The notes: generated by a model not told the origin, from the letters alone. DNA of 64,000 bases from an uncultured Candidatus Saccharibacteria bacterium (GCA_964436545.1 CAYTCJ010000005.1:12713-76712), one strand, 5' to 3'; counted from the stretch's first letter, positions 27,643-36,783 are shown. Translations and numbers: made by a program.

Positions 27643-29229
27643 ATGACAGAACAAACTTATAAAGTTTTAATCACCACTTCCGGAGTAGGCAGGGATTTGG
27701 GTGAATTTACTAAACACGCTAACCAGAGTTTAGTTAGGTTGGCGCATAAGCCGATTTTGGCGCACATTGTTGAGCTTTACCCCAAAGAGGTGGAAATCGT
27801 TGTGACTTTAGGTTATTTTGGAAGTTTGGTAAAAGAATTTTTAACTTTGGTTTATCCCGAGAGAAGGTTTACTTTTGTGGAAGTGGATAAATACGAAGGC
27901 TTGGGTGCCAGCCAAGGTTATTCTATGCTCTGTGCAAAAGAGCATTTGCACTGCCCGTTTATTTTTCATGCCGGAGATACCATAATTAGAGAGCCGGTAC
28001 CTACGCCTTTAATTCGGAATTGGTGCGGGGGTGCTAAGGGGGAAATGAGCGCCAACTACGCTTCCTTTATTGAGTTGGATGAAAAAATTATGGCTTTTAA
28101 TGGTAAGGGTTATCCCGATTTCGATTATTTGTATATTGGATTAGCCGGAATAAAAGATTACGAAAAATTTTGGCAAATTTTGGAAAACTTGTCTCAGCAA
28201 AAACTTAGTAAGCCGTTAAATGATTTGGTGGTTTACAGTGAAATGATTAAGCAAGGGAGTGAATTTTTTTCTGAGCATTTTAAAACTTGGATAGATATTG
28301 GAAATATTGAAAGCTTAAACACAGCTAGAAAAATTTTAGGCGATGAGTTAATTAATCTGGATAAAGCCGAGGAAGCGACTTACATTTTTGAAAATAGCGT
28401 GGTTAAATTTATGGCCCAGCCTCAGGTGGTTAAAGATCGGGTGAGTCGGGCCACCGAGGTTTTATTGGGTTTGGTACCCAAAATTGAGGGGGTAACTGAA
28501 CATTTTTACAAATATAAATTTTCCGTCGGACGTTTATTTTCCAGAGTTGTCACCCCTAACGATTTTGACAGTTTTTTAGCTTGGGCTAATACGCATTTAT
28601 GGCAATTTTCTACCGAAGTTTCCGAAAATAAATTTAAGGAAGTCTGTATGGATTTTTATAAAACCAAGACTTTAAAGCGTTTAGAGGAATTTTATAATTT
28701 GACCGGAATTAAAGATTCGGCACTGGTAATTAATGGGGAAGAGGTTCCGGCTCTAAGTGAAGTTTTGAGCCAATTAGATTTTACTTGGCTCTCTATGGGT
28801 AAACAAACCGGTTTTCACGGCGATTTGATTTTAGATAATATTATTCGCACTCAGGATTCCTATGTATTGTTAGATTGGCGACAAAATTTTGGCGGACTGC
28901 TTAGAAGTGGAGATATGTATTATGATTTAGCCAAATTGAACCATAATTTATCGGTCAGTCACGATATTATTTTTAATAATAATTTTTTAGTGAAAGTTAG
29001 AGGTAAAATTATCCGGTGCGACATTTTAAGAAGTGCCAATTTAGTGGAATGTGAACGGGTGCTACATGAGTTTGTTTTAAAGCAAGGCATGGATTTGCGC
29101 AAAGTTAAAGTTTTAACGGCGATTGCTTGGCTGAATATGTCACCCTTGCATCACCATCCTTATAATTTCTTTTTGTATTATTATGGCAGATTAGCTTTAT
29201 GGCGAGCTTTAAATAATCCATCAACTTGA
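27643..29229 (+). CDS. Fusion protein: an N-terminal sugar-phosphate nucleotidyltransferase joined to a C-terminal APH/choline-kinase-fold kinase
   Basis: N-terminal YKVLITTSGVGRDLGEFTKHANQSLVRLAHKPILAHIVE. C-terminal HGDLILDNIIRTQDSYVLLDWRQNFGG, the Brenner-motif HGDxxxxN...D of APH, LicA, AmgK and NahK-type kinases. Confidence 0.55.
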   Translation: MTEQTYKVLITTSGVGRDLGEFTKHANQSLVRLAHKPILAHIVELYPKEVEIVVTLGYFGSLVKEFLTLVYPERRFTFVEVDKYEGLGASQGYSMLCAKEHLHCPFIFHAGDTIIREPVPTPLIRNWCGGAKGEMSANYASFIELDEKIMAFNGKGYPDFDYLYIGLAGIKDYEKFWQILENLSQQKLSKPLNDLVVYSEMIKQGSEFFSEHFKTWIDIGNIESLNTARKILGDELINLDKAEEATYIFENSVVKFMAQPQVVKDRVSRATEVLLGLVPKIEGVTEHFYKYKFSVGRLFSRVVTPNDFDSFLAWANTHLWQFSTEVSENKFKEVCMDFYKTKTLKRLEEFYNLTGIKDSALVINGEEVPALSEVLSQLDFTWLSMGKQTGFHGDLILDNIIRTQDSYVLLDWRQNFGGLLRSGDMYYDLAKLNHNLSVSHDIIFNNNFLVKVRGKIIRCDILRSANLVECERVLHEFVLKQGMDLRKVKVLTAIAWLNMSPLHHHPYNFFLYYYGRLALWRALNNPST

Positions 29230-29230
29230 T

Positions 29231-30226
29231 ATGCAACACATTAGTAAATTAGGAATTGGGCCTATGAGCCCGGAGATTGTAGAAGGGGTTTTTTCCCATG
29301 CGCAAAATAGCGGAGCACCCTTAATGCTAATTGCGTCAAAAAATCAAATTGATTTTGATGGCGGTTATTGTGGTAATTGGAATACAGCTCAATATGCGGA
29401 ATATCTTAGTAAAATGAAACAGAAGTATCCTAAAGCGCGTGTATTTATTTGCCGAGATCACTGTGGTCCGGGATTTAAGAATGATTCTTTAGCCGATGTG
29501 TATAAAACTATTGATGCCGATATTGAAAATCATTTTGATTTAATTCACGTAGATTTTTGTCATTTTAAGGGTGCCCGGAAAGAATTATTAGAAGAATCCA
29601 AGAAAGCAATTTTGCATATCAAACAACAAAATCCCAAAATTTTGTTGGAAGTTGGTACCGATGAAAATACCGGAGTTTTTTTAGAAGATGTTTCTGCGAT
29701 TGAAAAGGATATGGCGTATTTCTCAAATATTGCCCCGTTAGAATTTTTTGTAGTCCAAACGGGCAGTTTGGTTAAAGAACAAAATCAAGTGGGAGGTTTT
29801 AACCGTGAGTTTATTGAAAAAATAAAACTTATTTCTCAAAAATATCATGTGGGACTTAAGGAGCATAATTGTGATTACATGGAAGGTGATAAGATAAAAC
29901 ACAGGCAAGGTATAATTGACGCAGTCAATGTAGCGCCACAATTCGGAGTATTACAAACCACTTTAACTTTGCAGAAATGTATAACTTACGGCATAGATTT
30001 TACGGACTTTTTAAACGATGCCTACTTGAGCGGAAAATGGAAAAAGTGGATGTATAAACATACGGACAGTAATAAGTACTTATGTTCAGTTTTAGCCGGA
30101 CACTATATTTTTTCTAATTTAAGTTATCGAAAGCTGGTGGAAAAAATTCATCAACACGAAGATTTTAAATTGAGTTTAATGCAGGAATTAGGCAAAAATT
30201 TTGATTTATATTTAAATAATTTATAG
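29231..30226 (+). CDS. Hypothetical protein, possibly a class II aldolase or GatZ/KbaZ-like TIM-barrel
   Basis: APLMLIASKNQID...CRDHCGPG...IHVDFCH is a weak resemblance to Zn-dependent class II FBP/tagatose-BP aldolase motifs (the DHG region). Confidence 0.3.
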   Translation: MQHISKLGIGPMSPEIVEGVFSHAQNSGAPLMLIASKNQIDFDGGYCGNWNTAQYAEYLSKMKQKYPKARVFICRDHCGPGFKNDSLADVYKTIDADIENHFDLIHVDFCHFKGARKELLEESKKAILHIKQQNPKILLEVGTDENTGVFLEDVSAIEKDMAYFSNIAPLEFFVVQTGSLVKEQNQVGGFNREFIEKIKLISQKYHVGLKEHNCDYMEGDKIKHRQGIIDAVNVAPQFGVLQTTLTLQKCITYGIDFTDFLNDAYLSGKWKKWMYKHTDSNKYLCSVLAGHYIFSNLSYRKLVEKIHQHEDFKLSLMQELGKNFDLYLNNL

Positions 30227-30260
30227 TAGAGTATATCGCAAATTTGTTGGCGAGTTGATA

Positions 30261-30297
30261 AGGACGGTCTTCTGGGACTTTCCCAGAAGACCGTCCT
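30261..30297. promoter_or_regulatory. 17-bp perfect palindrome with a 4-nt loop and no flanking U-tract
   Basis: aggacggtcttctggg-actt-cccagaagaccgtcct, GC-richer than the surrounding sequence. Confidence 0.4.
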
Positions 30298-30325
30298 CAT
30301 CTAAAAGAGTCAAAGGTTTAAAATT

Positions 30326-31570
30326 ATGAACGTTAAACCAAAAGCTATTGCATTTGTAAGCCCCTTCGAAGGAGCCAGAGGGTATTTTTTAGCCGGTTTG
30401 TCGCACTATTATAATTTAACCGTTTATTACTCGGTGAGTAAACGGTTTCGTTTTTTATGGCAAATTTTTCATAAATGGGCATACAGTAACGATGTTCGAT
30501 TTGTGCAATATGCGAGCTTAGAAGCGTTATTAAAAGTTCCGGCTGGCCAAGATGCGATTTTTATTCACCCCAATAGCTTAACGCCTTTTTTTGGGTGGTA
30601 TGAAAATCAAGAAGAAATTACCGAATTTGTTTTAAAAATCAAAGAAAAAACCAAAAAACTTTATTGGATAGATAATGGTGAAAATCAGTATCATTACACG
30701 TCCAAGCCTCAGTTTTGGGATAACATAGATTTGTGTTTTAAAGGGCAAGTATTTAAACCAGAGTATGAACATATTTTTTTCGATCCAAAAAAAGTTGGGT
30801 TATTTCAAGGTAAGGATGTGATGGAAAATCCGAGGATTATTGAAGAAAATATGCGGATGGATTTTAATAAGTATCGGCATAAAATTTTGCCTGTGCCTTA
30901 TGTCCCATGTATAACCAAACCTCAAGATTTGAATTTTTCCTCACATAATAAGGTGTATGATTTGGTGGCAAACACCCGAACCTTTGGTAATGGTACTCTG
31001 CGTTATGGTTTAATAAAACAAGTTCAGAAGCAACTTAAGTCCAAATTTATTTATTCGTTTGATTATGATAATCAAGGATGGGAAACCAATTTGCCCAAAA
31101 ATCAACAGGTTTTTGATTCTTATTTAATTAAGACGGGAAAATTGGGTAAATTTTTGTTTAAATTAAAGTATGGAAAATATTTTTATCCTCAAGAATTATA
31201 TGTGCATAATTTAGCTCGGGCTAAGTGTTTTTTGGCCTTATCTTGGGTGTTATTGTCTTTCCGTACCGCCGACTGTTTTGGGGCGGGAGTGGTAATGATT
31301 AATTTTAGTCATAAAAAATTTGAATATGGAATTCCTATGGAAGACGGGGTAAACTACATCTCTCTGGGGGAGAGAGATGAAATGACCGATGATAATGAAC
31401 AAATTAAGCCGGAGTTTATTCCCGGGATTATAGATAAAATTGAACAGATCTTATCTGATACCCAAAAGCAAGCGGAAATAATAAAAAATGGCAAGGAAAT
31501 TTTTAATCAGTATTACTCTTCCCCAAAACAGTTTGTTGGAAAAGTATTTATGAGTAAAATCGGCTTATGA
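30326..31570 (+). CDS. Hypothetical protein, possibly a glycosyltransferase-like cluster protein
   Basis: A 414-aa ORF with the same codon and composition bias as its neighbours. No recognisable motif. Confidence 0.4.
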   Translation: MNVKPKAIAFVSPFEGARGYFLAGLSHYYNLTVYYSVSKRFRFLWQIFHKWAYSNDVRFVQYASLEALLKVPAGQDAIFIHPNSLTPFFGWYENQEEITEFVLKIKEKTKKLYWIDNGENQYHYTSKPQFWDNIDLCFKGQVFKPEYEHIFFDPKKVGLFQGKDVMENPRIIEENMRMDFNKYRHKILPVPYVPCITKPQDLNFSSHNKVYDLVANTRTFGNGTLRYGLIKQVQKQLKSKFIYSFDYDNQGWETNLPKNQQVFDSYLIKTGKLGKFLFKLKYGKYFYPQELYVHNLARAKCFLALSWVLLSFRTADCFGAGVVMINFSHKKFEYGIPMEDGVNYISLGERDEMTDDNEQIKPEFIPGIIDKIEQILSDTQKQAEIIKNGKEIFNQYYSSPKQFVGKVFMSKIGL

Positions 31571-32442
31571 AAATATTAGTTACGGGTGCCAGTGGCTTTT
31601 TGGGTAGAAATTTAGCGGAATCTTTATCCGCTAACTTTGATTTACTTATGCCGACTCATAAAGATTTGGACTTGCTGGATGCTCAAGCGGTAAAAAAGTT
31701 TTTAAATAAATATTTGCCGGAAGTAGTCATTCATACCGCAGGCGTGGGTTTAACTCGTGAGCAAAATAACACCTCAGAGGTAACAGAAAAAAATTTAAAA
31801 ATGTTTTATAATTTGACTGATTGCCAGGGTTTGTTTAAAAAAATGATTTTCACCGGATCGGGTGCCATTTATGATAAGTCACATTCTTTAGTTAAGGTTC
31901 CGGAAGAAGCTTTTGGTCAGAGTTTGCCTAAGGATCCTTACGGAGCATATAAATACGAGTGTTCCGAATATATTTTAGAGAGGAAAGATATTCTTGATTT
32001 AAGACTTTTTGGGGTATTTGGCAAATACGAAGATTACAAAACTCGTTTCATTTCCAATGCGATTTGTAAATCCATTCTGAATTTACCGGTCAAGATTTAT
32101 AAAAATGTGAATTTTGAATATTTATTTGTGGAAGATTTTGTGAAAATTGTGGAATGGTTCGTGCTTCATGAAGCCCATTACAATAATTACAATGTGGGTA
32201 ATGGTCAGCCAGTTAGTCTGTTACAGATTGCAGAAAAAATTCAAGCTTTATTTAATCCGGATTTGGAAATTAAAGTGCTTTCAGCTGATGGGGGTAATGA
32301 GTATTCTTGCGATCCTTCCCGACTGAAAAACGAGTTAAAAAATTTTAAATTTACCAGCATAGACGAAAGTTTAAAACAGCTTTATAATTGGTATAGTCAA
32401 AATTTATCACTTATAGATAAGGCAACATTAACCCAACAATGA
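31567..32442 (+). CDS. NAD-dependent epimerase/dehydratase family (extended SDR) sugar reductase or epimerase
   Basis: MKILVTGASGFLGRNL and YGAYKYECSEY (YxxxK). Confidence 0.55.
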   Translation: MKILVTGASGFLGRNLAESLSANFDLLMPTHKDLDLLDAQAVKKFLNKYLPEVVIHTAGVGLTREQNNTSEVTEKNLKMFYNLTDCQGLFKKMIFTGSGAIYDKSHSLVKVPEEAFGQSLPKDPYGAYKYECSEYILERKDILDLRLFGVFGKYEDYKTRFISNAICKSILNLPVKIYKNVNFEYLFVEDFVKIVEWFVLHEAHYNNYNVGNGQPVSLLQIAEKIQALFNPDLEIKVLSADGGNEYSCDPSRLKNELKNFKFTSIDESLKQLYNWYSQNLSLIDKATLTQQ

Positions 32443-33248
32443 AAATAACGGAATTGGAAAAAATAGCCAAACAAGCCAGAGGCTTGTTACTTAAAACCGC
32501 GTTTTCGGCAAAATCCGGACATATTGGCAGTGCACTTTCCACTGTGGATGTAATTACCGCTTTGTATTTTGAGTGGTTAAAAATTAACCCCCAAAAGCCT
32601 TTGGCCAAGACCCGTGATTATTTTATTTTAAGCAAAGGTCATGGTTGTTTAGGGCTTTATTCGGTATTGGCTTTAAGAGGTTTTTTTTCGCAGAATCATT
32701 TGGAAACTTATTTTCAAGATAATACGGTATTAACCGGCCATCCGGTTTTAGGTTCCTTGCCAGGCATCGAAGCTTCTACCGGTTCGTTAGGACATGGTTT
32801 TCCAACTGCAGTCGGTTTGGCTTACGGCTTGAAAAACCAAAATCTGCCCAATCGAGTAGTGGTCATGATTAGTGATGGAGAGTGCGACGAAGGCTCCACT
32901 TGGGAAGCCGTGTTGTCTGCGCCGAATTTTAAACTTAATAATTTAACTGTGATTGTGGATAATAATAAAATTCAAAGTTTTGGCACTGTGAAAGAAGTGA
33001 TGAATTTAGAACCTTTTGCGCAGAAGTGGCAGGCATTTGGTTGGCGAGTGTTAGAAATTAATGGGCATAATTTTAAGGAAATTTTGACAGCTTTTAAAAA
33101 AGCAGAAAATAATAAAATAGGACCCAGCGTGATAATCGCTCATACTGTTAAAGGTAAAGGTGTGGATTTTATGGAAAATCGAGTCGATTGGCACTATTTT
33201 AATATGAATGAGGAGCAATATCAACTAGCTATAAAACAATGCGAATAA
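32439..33248 (+). CDS. Transketolase, N-terminal (TPP-binding) subunit of a split transketolase
   Basis: GHIGSALSTVDVITALYF, GHPVLGSLPGIEASTGSLGHGFPTAVGLA, ISDGECDEGSTWEA, NLTVIVDNNKIQ. Confidence 0.8.
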   Translation: MKITELEKIAKQARGLLLKTAFSAKSGHIGSALSTVDVITALYFEWLKINPQKPLAKTRDYFILSKGHGCLGLYSVLALRGFFSQNHLETYFQDNTVLTGHPVLGSLPGIEASTGSLGHGFPTAVGLAYGLKNQNLPNRVVVMISDGECDEGSTWEAVLSAPNFKLNNLTVIVDNNKIQSFGTVKEVMNLEPFAQKWQAFGWRVLEINGHNFKEILTAFKKAENNKIGPSVIIAHTVKGKGVDFMENRVDWHYFNMNEEQYQLAIKQCE

Positions 33249-34168
33249 CTTTTGTTAAAACTTTACTCAAGCTAGCCAAAAAAGATCCTGACATTTTTTT
33301 AATTACCGGAGATTTGGGGTTTATGGCTTTGGAAGAGTTCCGCGACCAATTGCCTAAGCAGTATTTGAATGTGGGTGTAGCTGAGCAAAACATGCTAGCT
33401 ATGGCAGCCGGTTTAGCCTTGTCCGGCAAAAAAGTTTATGCCTATTCCATAATTCCTTTTGCGACCATGCGTCCGTTTGAATTTGTCAGAAATGATATTT
33501 GCTATCAAAATTTAAATGTAAAAATTATTGGCATCGGTGCCGGATTTTCTTATTCACTTTATGGTTCCACCCATCATGGGATAGAAGATATTTCCATTAT
33601 GCGTAGTCTGCCCAATATGACCGTAGTCTGTCCGGGGGATCCTTTGGAAGTGGAAAAAACTACTTTAGCTTCAGTTAAGCATGTGGGGCCAATGTATATT
33701 CGGCTGGGAAAAGCCGGCGAGCCGGTGTTGCATCAAAATTTAAATAATTTTCAAATTGGCCAGGCAGTGGAAATGGGTAAGGGCAAAGATGTGTGTATTA
33801 TAGCCACAAGTAATATTTTAGGGGAAGCGGTTGAAGCATCTAAGCTTTTAAAAGCAAACAAAATTCAGGCATCAGTCTTAAGTATGCACACCATAAAACC
33901 TATAGATACACAGGCCATAATTAAGTCGGCTAAAAAAGCAAAATTGATTGTAACTTTAGAGGAACATAATGTGATTGGGGGCCTCGGCAGTGCTGTGGCT
34001 GAAGTGTTAGCCGATAATCAACTACAGGTAAAGTTTATCCGCTTAGGTATCCCAGACGAATACCCACATAGGATTGGGAGTCAAAAATTTTTTAGAGAAA
34101 AATATAATTTATCCGCCGGTAAGGTTACGGAAATAATACTTAATGCTTCCAAAAAAGGATTTAAATAG
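33239..34168 (+). CDS. Transketolase, C-terminal (pyrimidine-binding) subunit
   Basis: ITGDLGFMALEEFRDQLPKQYLNVGVAEQNMLAMAAGLA plus the C-terminal transketolase domain. It overlaps the N-subunit gene by 10 nt. Confidence 0.8.
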   Translation: MRITFVKTLLKLAKKDPDIFLITGDLGFMALEEFRDQLPKQYLNVGVAEQNMLAMAAGLALSGKKVYAYSIIPFATMRPFEFVRNDICYQNLNVKIIGIGAGFSYSLYGSTHHGIEDISIMRSLPNMTVVCPGDPLEVEKTTLASVKHVGPMYIRLGKAGEPVLHQNLNNFQIGQAVEMGKGKDVCIIATSNILGEAVEASKLLKANKIQASVLSMHTIKPIDTQAIIKSAKKAKLIVTLEEHNVIGGLGSAVAEVLADNQLQVKFIRLGIPDEYPHRIGSQKFFREKYNLSAGKVTEIILNASKKGFK

Positions 34169-34607
34169 TTTAAAAAACATTATTAGTAAAATTAAAAATC
34201 CTGAAAGAGGTATTGAGCAGGAAGTTTTTGATATTTTATGTAAAATTATCACTCACTTGGCTTGTGAGCTAATTGTAATTAATCGACGCAAAGAAATACT
34301 GTTAACTTTTCGTCAAGATAAAATTTGGCAGGGTTGGCATTTTCCCGGAGGTCTTTTAAGATATAGAGAAGCTTTTAAAAGTAGGTTAGAGCAGGTAGCT
34401 AAGCTTGAACTGCAGACCAAATTGAAAACTGCAAAATTTTTGTTTCCCATTAATTACGTAAAAAGCCAAAGAGGTCACGATGTCTCTTTGGTGTTTTTAT
34501 GTGAGTTAAAAGGGGAACCTAAAACCGGTCAATGGTTTAAACAGATGCCCAAAAACATTATTCCGGAACATCGAGCGCTTTGGAAAAAAGTTAAATATAT
34601 GGTCTAA
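34143..34607 (+). CDS. Nudix-like hydrolase with a degenerate Nudix box
   Basis: GWHFPGGLLRYREAFKSRLEQVAKLELQ approximates Gx5Ex7REUxEExGU. Confidence 0.35.
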   Translation: MLPKKDLNSLKNIISKIKNPERGIEQEVFDILCKIITHLACELIVINRRKEILLTFRQDKIWQGWHFPGGLLRYREAFKSRLEQVAKLELQTKLKTAKFLFPINYVKSQRGHDVSLVFLCELKGEPKTGQWFKQMPKNIIPEHRALWKKVKYMV

Positions 34608-34675
34608 TATTAAGTAGACAATTTGTAATTTATCCATTATGATTTATTAATAATCAAGCTAAAAAATCCACACAT

Positions 34676-35929
34676 ATGAACATTTTATTAAACCCAGATT
34701 GGAAATTTAAACCAGGCGAAGATTGGATTTATTACACTAAGGCAGTTTATGGGCAAGAGGAGATTGATGCCGTAGTCAAGTGTTTAAAAGAAGATTGGCT
34801 TGGAAATGGTAAATATACAGATGAATTTGAAGAAAAAATGTCCGCTGAGTTTGGGAAAAAGTATGGGTTGTTTGTAAACTCGGGTTCTTCGGCAAATTTA
34901 TTGGCTTTAGAAATTTGTGATTTTAAACCGGGGAGTGAAATTATTACTCCGGCTTGTACTTTTGGTACCACCATGGGTCCCATTATTATGAAAGGCTTGG
35001 TCCCAGTGGTGGTAGATTCACAGGTAGGAACTTACAACATTGACATCGACTTAATTGAGAAGGCCATTACATCTAAAACCGTGGCGATTATGGTGCCTCA
35101 TGCGGTGGGGAGTTTAAACGATATGCCACGTTTAAGAGAAATTTGTAATAAACACAAATTAAAATTAATTGAAGACAGTTGCGATACTCATGGCTCCAGA
35201 CTGGATGGAAAACCAACGGGAATTTGGTCTGATATTACGACAACGAGTTTTTATGCGTCTCATAACATGACAGCAGGTGGTGGTGGAGGAATGGTAATGG
35301 TAGATGATCCGGAATTAAAACGCCGGGCCAAGATGTTTCGGGATTGGGGGAGAGCTTTGCCAGAAAGGTATGAGCACTATGAAGGAGCGTTTGAAGAGCG
35401 TTATAATTTTAAATTGGACAATATAGATTACGATGGTAAGTTTGTGTTCATGGAACTGGGTTACAATATGAAAGCGGTAGAAATGCAAGCGGCATTTGCT
35501 CTGGTTCAGCTGGGGAGGCTAAAGGAGTTTAATAAAATTCGTATGGCTAATTTTAATAAGATTTACGAATTTTTTAAAAGATACGAAAAATATTTTATTT
35601 TACCCGAAAGTCTGCCCAAGGCGGAAATTTATTGGTTGTCTTTTCCGGTTACACTGCGGGAAGAAGCCGGCATAGAAAGAAAAGCGATGCTTAAATTTTT
35701 TGAGACCAATAAAATTCAGACTCGGCTCTTATTTGCCGGAAATTTATTAAGACACCCGGCTTACAAAACCCTACAAGAGAAAGTGCGGGTAGTGGGGGAC
35801 TTAAAGAATGCCGATTATATAATGAAAAATACTTTTTTAATTGCTTGTCACCATGGTTTGAATGACGAGATGATTAATTATTTAACCGGCAAAATTGAAG
35901 AGTTCTTAAAAGTTAAAAATTTAATTTAG
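34676..35929 (+). CDS. DegT/DnrJ/EryC1 fold sugar 3-dehydratase (ColD/E1-like, PMP-dependent) in which His replaces the Schiff-base Lys
   Basis: YGLFVNSGSSANLLALE. At the conserved SFHxxKxxxxGEGG position the sequence reads SFYASHNMTAGGGGG (Lys to His), the hallmark of GDP-4-keto-6-deoxymannose 3-dehydratase ColD and CDP-4-keto-6-deoxyglucose 3-dehydrase E1. There is no clustered-Cys [2Fe-2S] motif, which favours the ColD type. Confidence 0.6.
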   Translation: MNILLNPDWKFKPGEDWIYYTKAVYGQEEIDAVVKCLKEDWLGNGKYTDEFEEKMSAEFGKKYGLFVNSGSSANLLALEICDFKPGSEIITPACTFGTTMGPIIMKGLVPVVVDSQVGTYNIDIDLIEKAITSKTVAIMVPHAVGSLNDMPRLREICNKHKLKLIEDSCDTHGSRLDGKPTGIWSDITTTSFYASHNMTAGGGGGMVMVDDPELKRRAKMFRDWGRALPERYEHYEGAFEERYNFKLDNIDYDGKFVFMELGYNMKAVEMQAAFALVQLGRLKEFNKIRMANFNKIYEFFKRYEKYFILPESLPKAEIYWLSFPVTLREEAGIERKAMLKFFETNKIQTRLLFAGNLLRHPAYKTLQEKVRVVGDLKNADYIMKNTFLIACHHGLNDEMINYLTGKIEEFLKVKNLI

Positions 35930-35933
35930 CTTC

Positions 35934-36779
35934 ATGACATCCAATATATCTTTTATTCTGTTTACTTATAACGATGCTTATCGTTTAGAATATATTATTC
36001 GTAATTTAAAACCTTTTGGGGAAGTAATTATTTCCGACCAAGAAAGCACGGACAATAGTAAAGCCATTGCAGAAAAATTGGGAGCTAAATTCACTACGCG
36101 GAAAGCCACCGGTCAACCGTTTATTGAAAGACAAGAACTGTTAGATACAGTAACCGCCCTAGCCTCTCACGATTGGATTTATTGGGGTTACGTGGATAAT
36201 TTTTTACCCAAATCGCTGTGTGAAAAATTAGTAGAAATTTCTTTGCAAGACAAAATAAAATATGTTTATCTTCCCGTGCATACTTATTTGTGGGGCGATA
36301 TCGAGCATGTAATTGCTAAGGCGGAGTATCCTTGTTTTTTTAAAAAAGGCATGGTGGATTTTACCAATAATCGGATTCACGGCATGGGTAAATTTTTAGG
36401 CACAGAAGCGGAAAAGTTACATTTGCCCCAAACTGAGGCTATGGCCATGAAGCACTTTAGTTTGTACGATTTAAATAAATTTATCCCGGCGCATTTGAAA
36501 TATGCCAATGCGGAAGCCGAACAAAAATTTCAAGAGGGTAAAAGGGTGTCTTTAGTTTATTTGTTGGGGAGTATGGGTAGATATTTTTATTTATTTTACT
36601 TAAAGGGTGGCCTTCGGGCGGGGATGCGCGGACTTATGATTGGTTTTTTGTATTCCGCTTTTCGAGTAATGCTCTCCATGAGACTGTATGAACTGGAACA
36701 CGGTTTGAATTTGGAAACCATTGAAGCGGAGTATGTAAAAGCTAAGCAAAAAATTGTTGCAGACATAGAAAAACCATAG
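35934..36779 (+). CDS. GT2 family glycosyltransferase
   Basis: ISFILFTYNDAYRLEYIIRNL...ISDQESTDNSKAIAE. Confidence 0.5.
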   Translation: MTSNISFILFTYNDAYRLEYIIRNLKPFGEVIISDQESTDNSKAIAEKLGAKFTTRKATGQPFIERQELLDTVTALASHDWIYWGYVDNFLPKSLCEKLVEISLQDKIKYVYLPVHTYLWGDIEHVIAKAEYPCFFKKGMVDFTNNRIHGMGKFLGTEAEKLHLPQTEAMAMKHFSLYDLNKFIPAHLKYANAEAEQKFQEGKRVSLVYLLGSMGRYFYLFYLKGGLRAGMRGLMIGFLYSAFRVMLSMRLYELEHGLNLETIEAEYVKAKQKIVADIEKP

Positions 36780-36783
36780 TTAT

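Noticed and set aside
27600-27645. Short direct repeats ctaacacctaacacctaatcactaatacc between the two nucleotidyltransferase genes
   Set aside because: These are three or four degenerate copies of a 7-mer that also encode the C-terminal PNLLTPNT of the upstream protein. They are too short and degenerate to call a functional repeat element.
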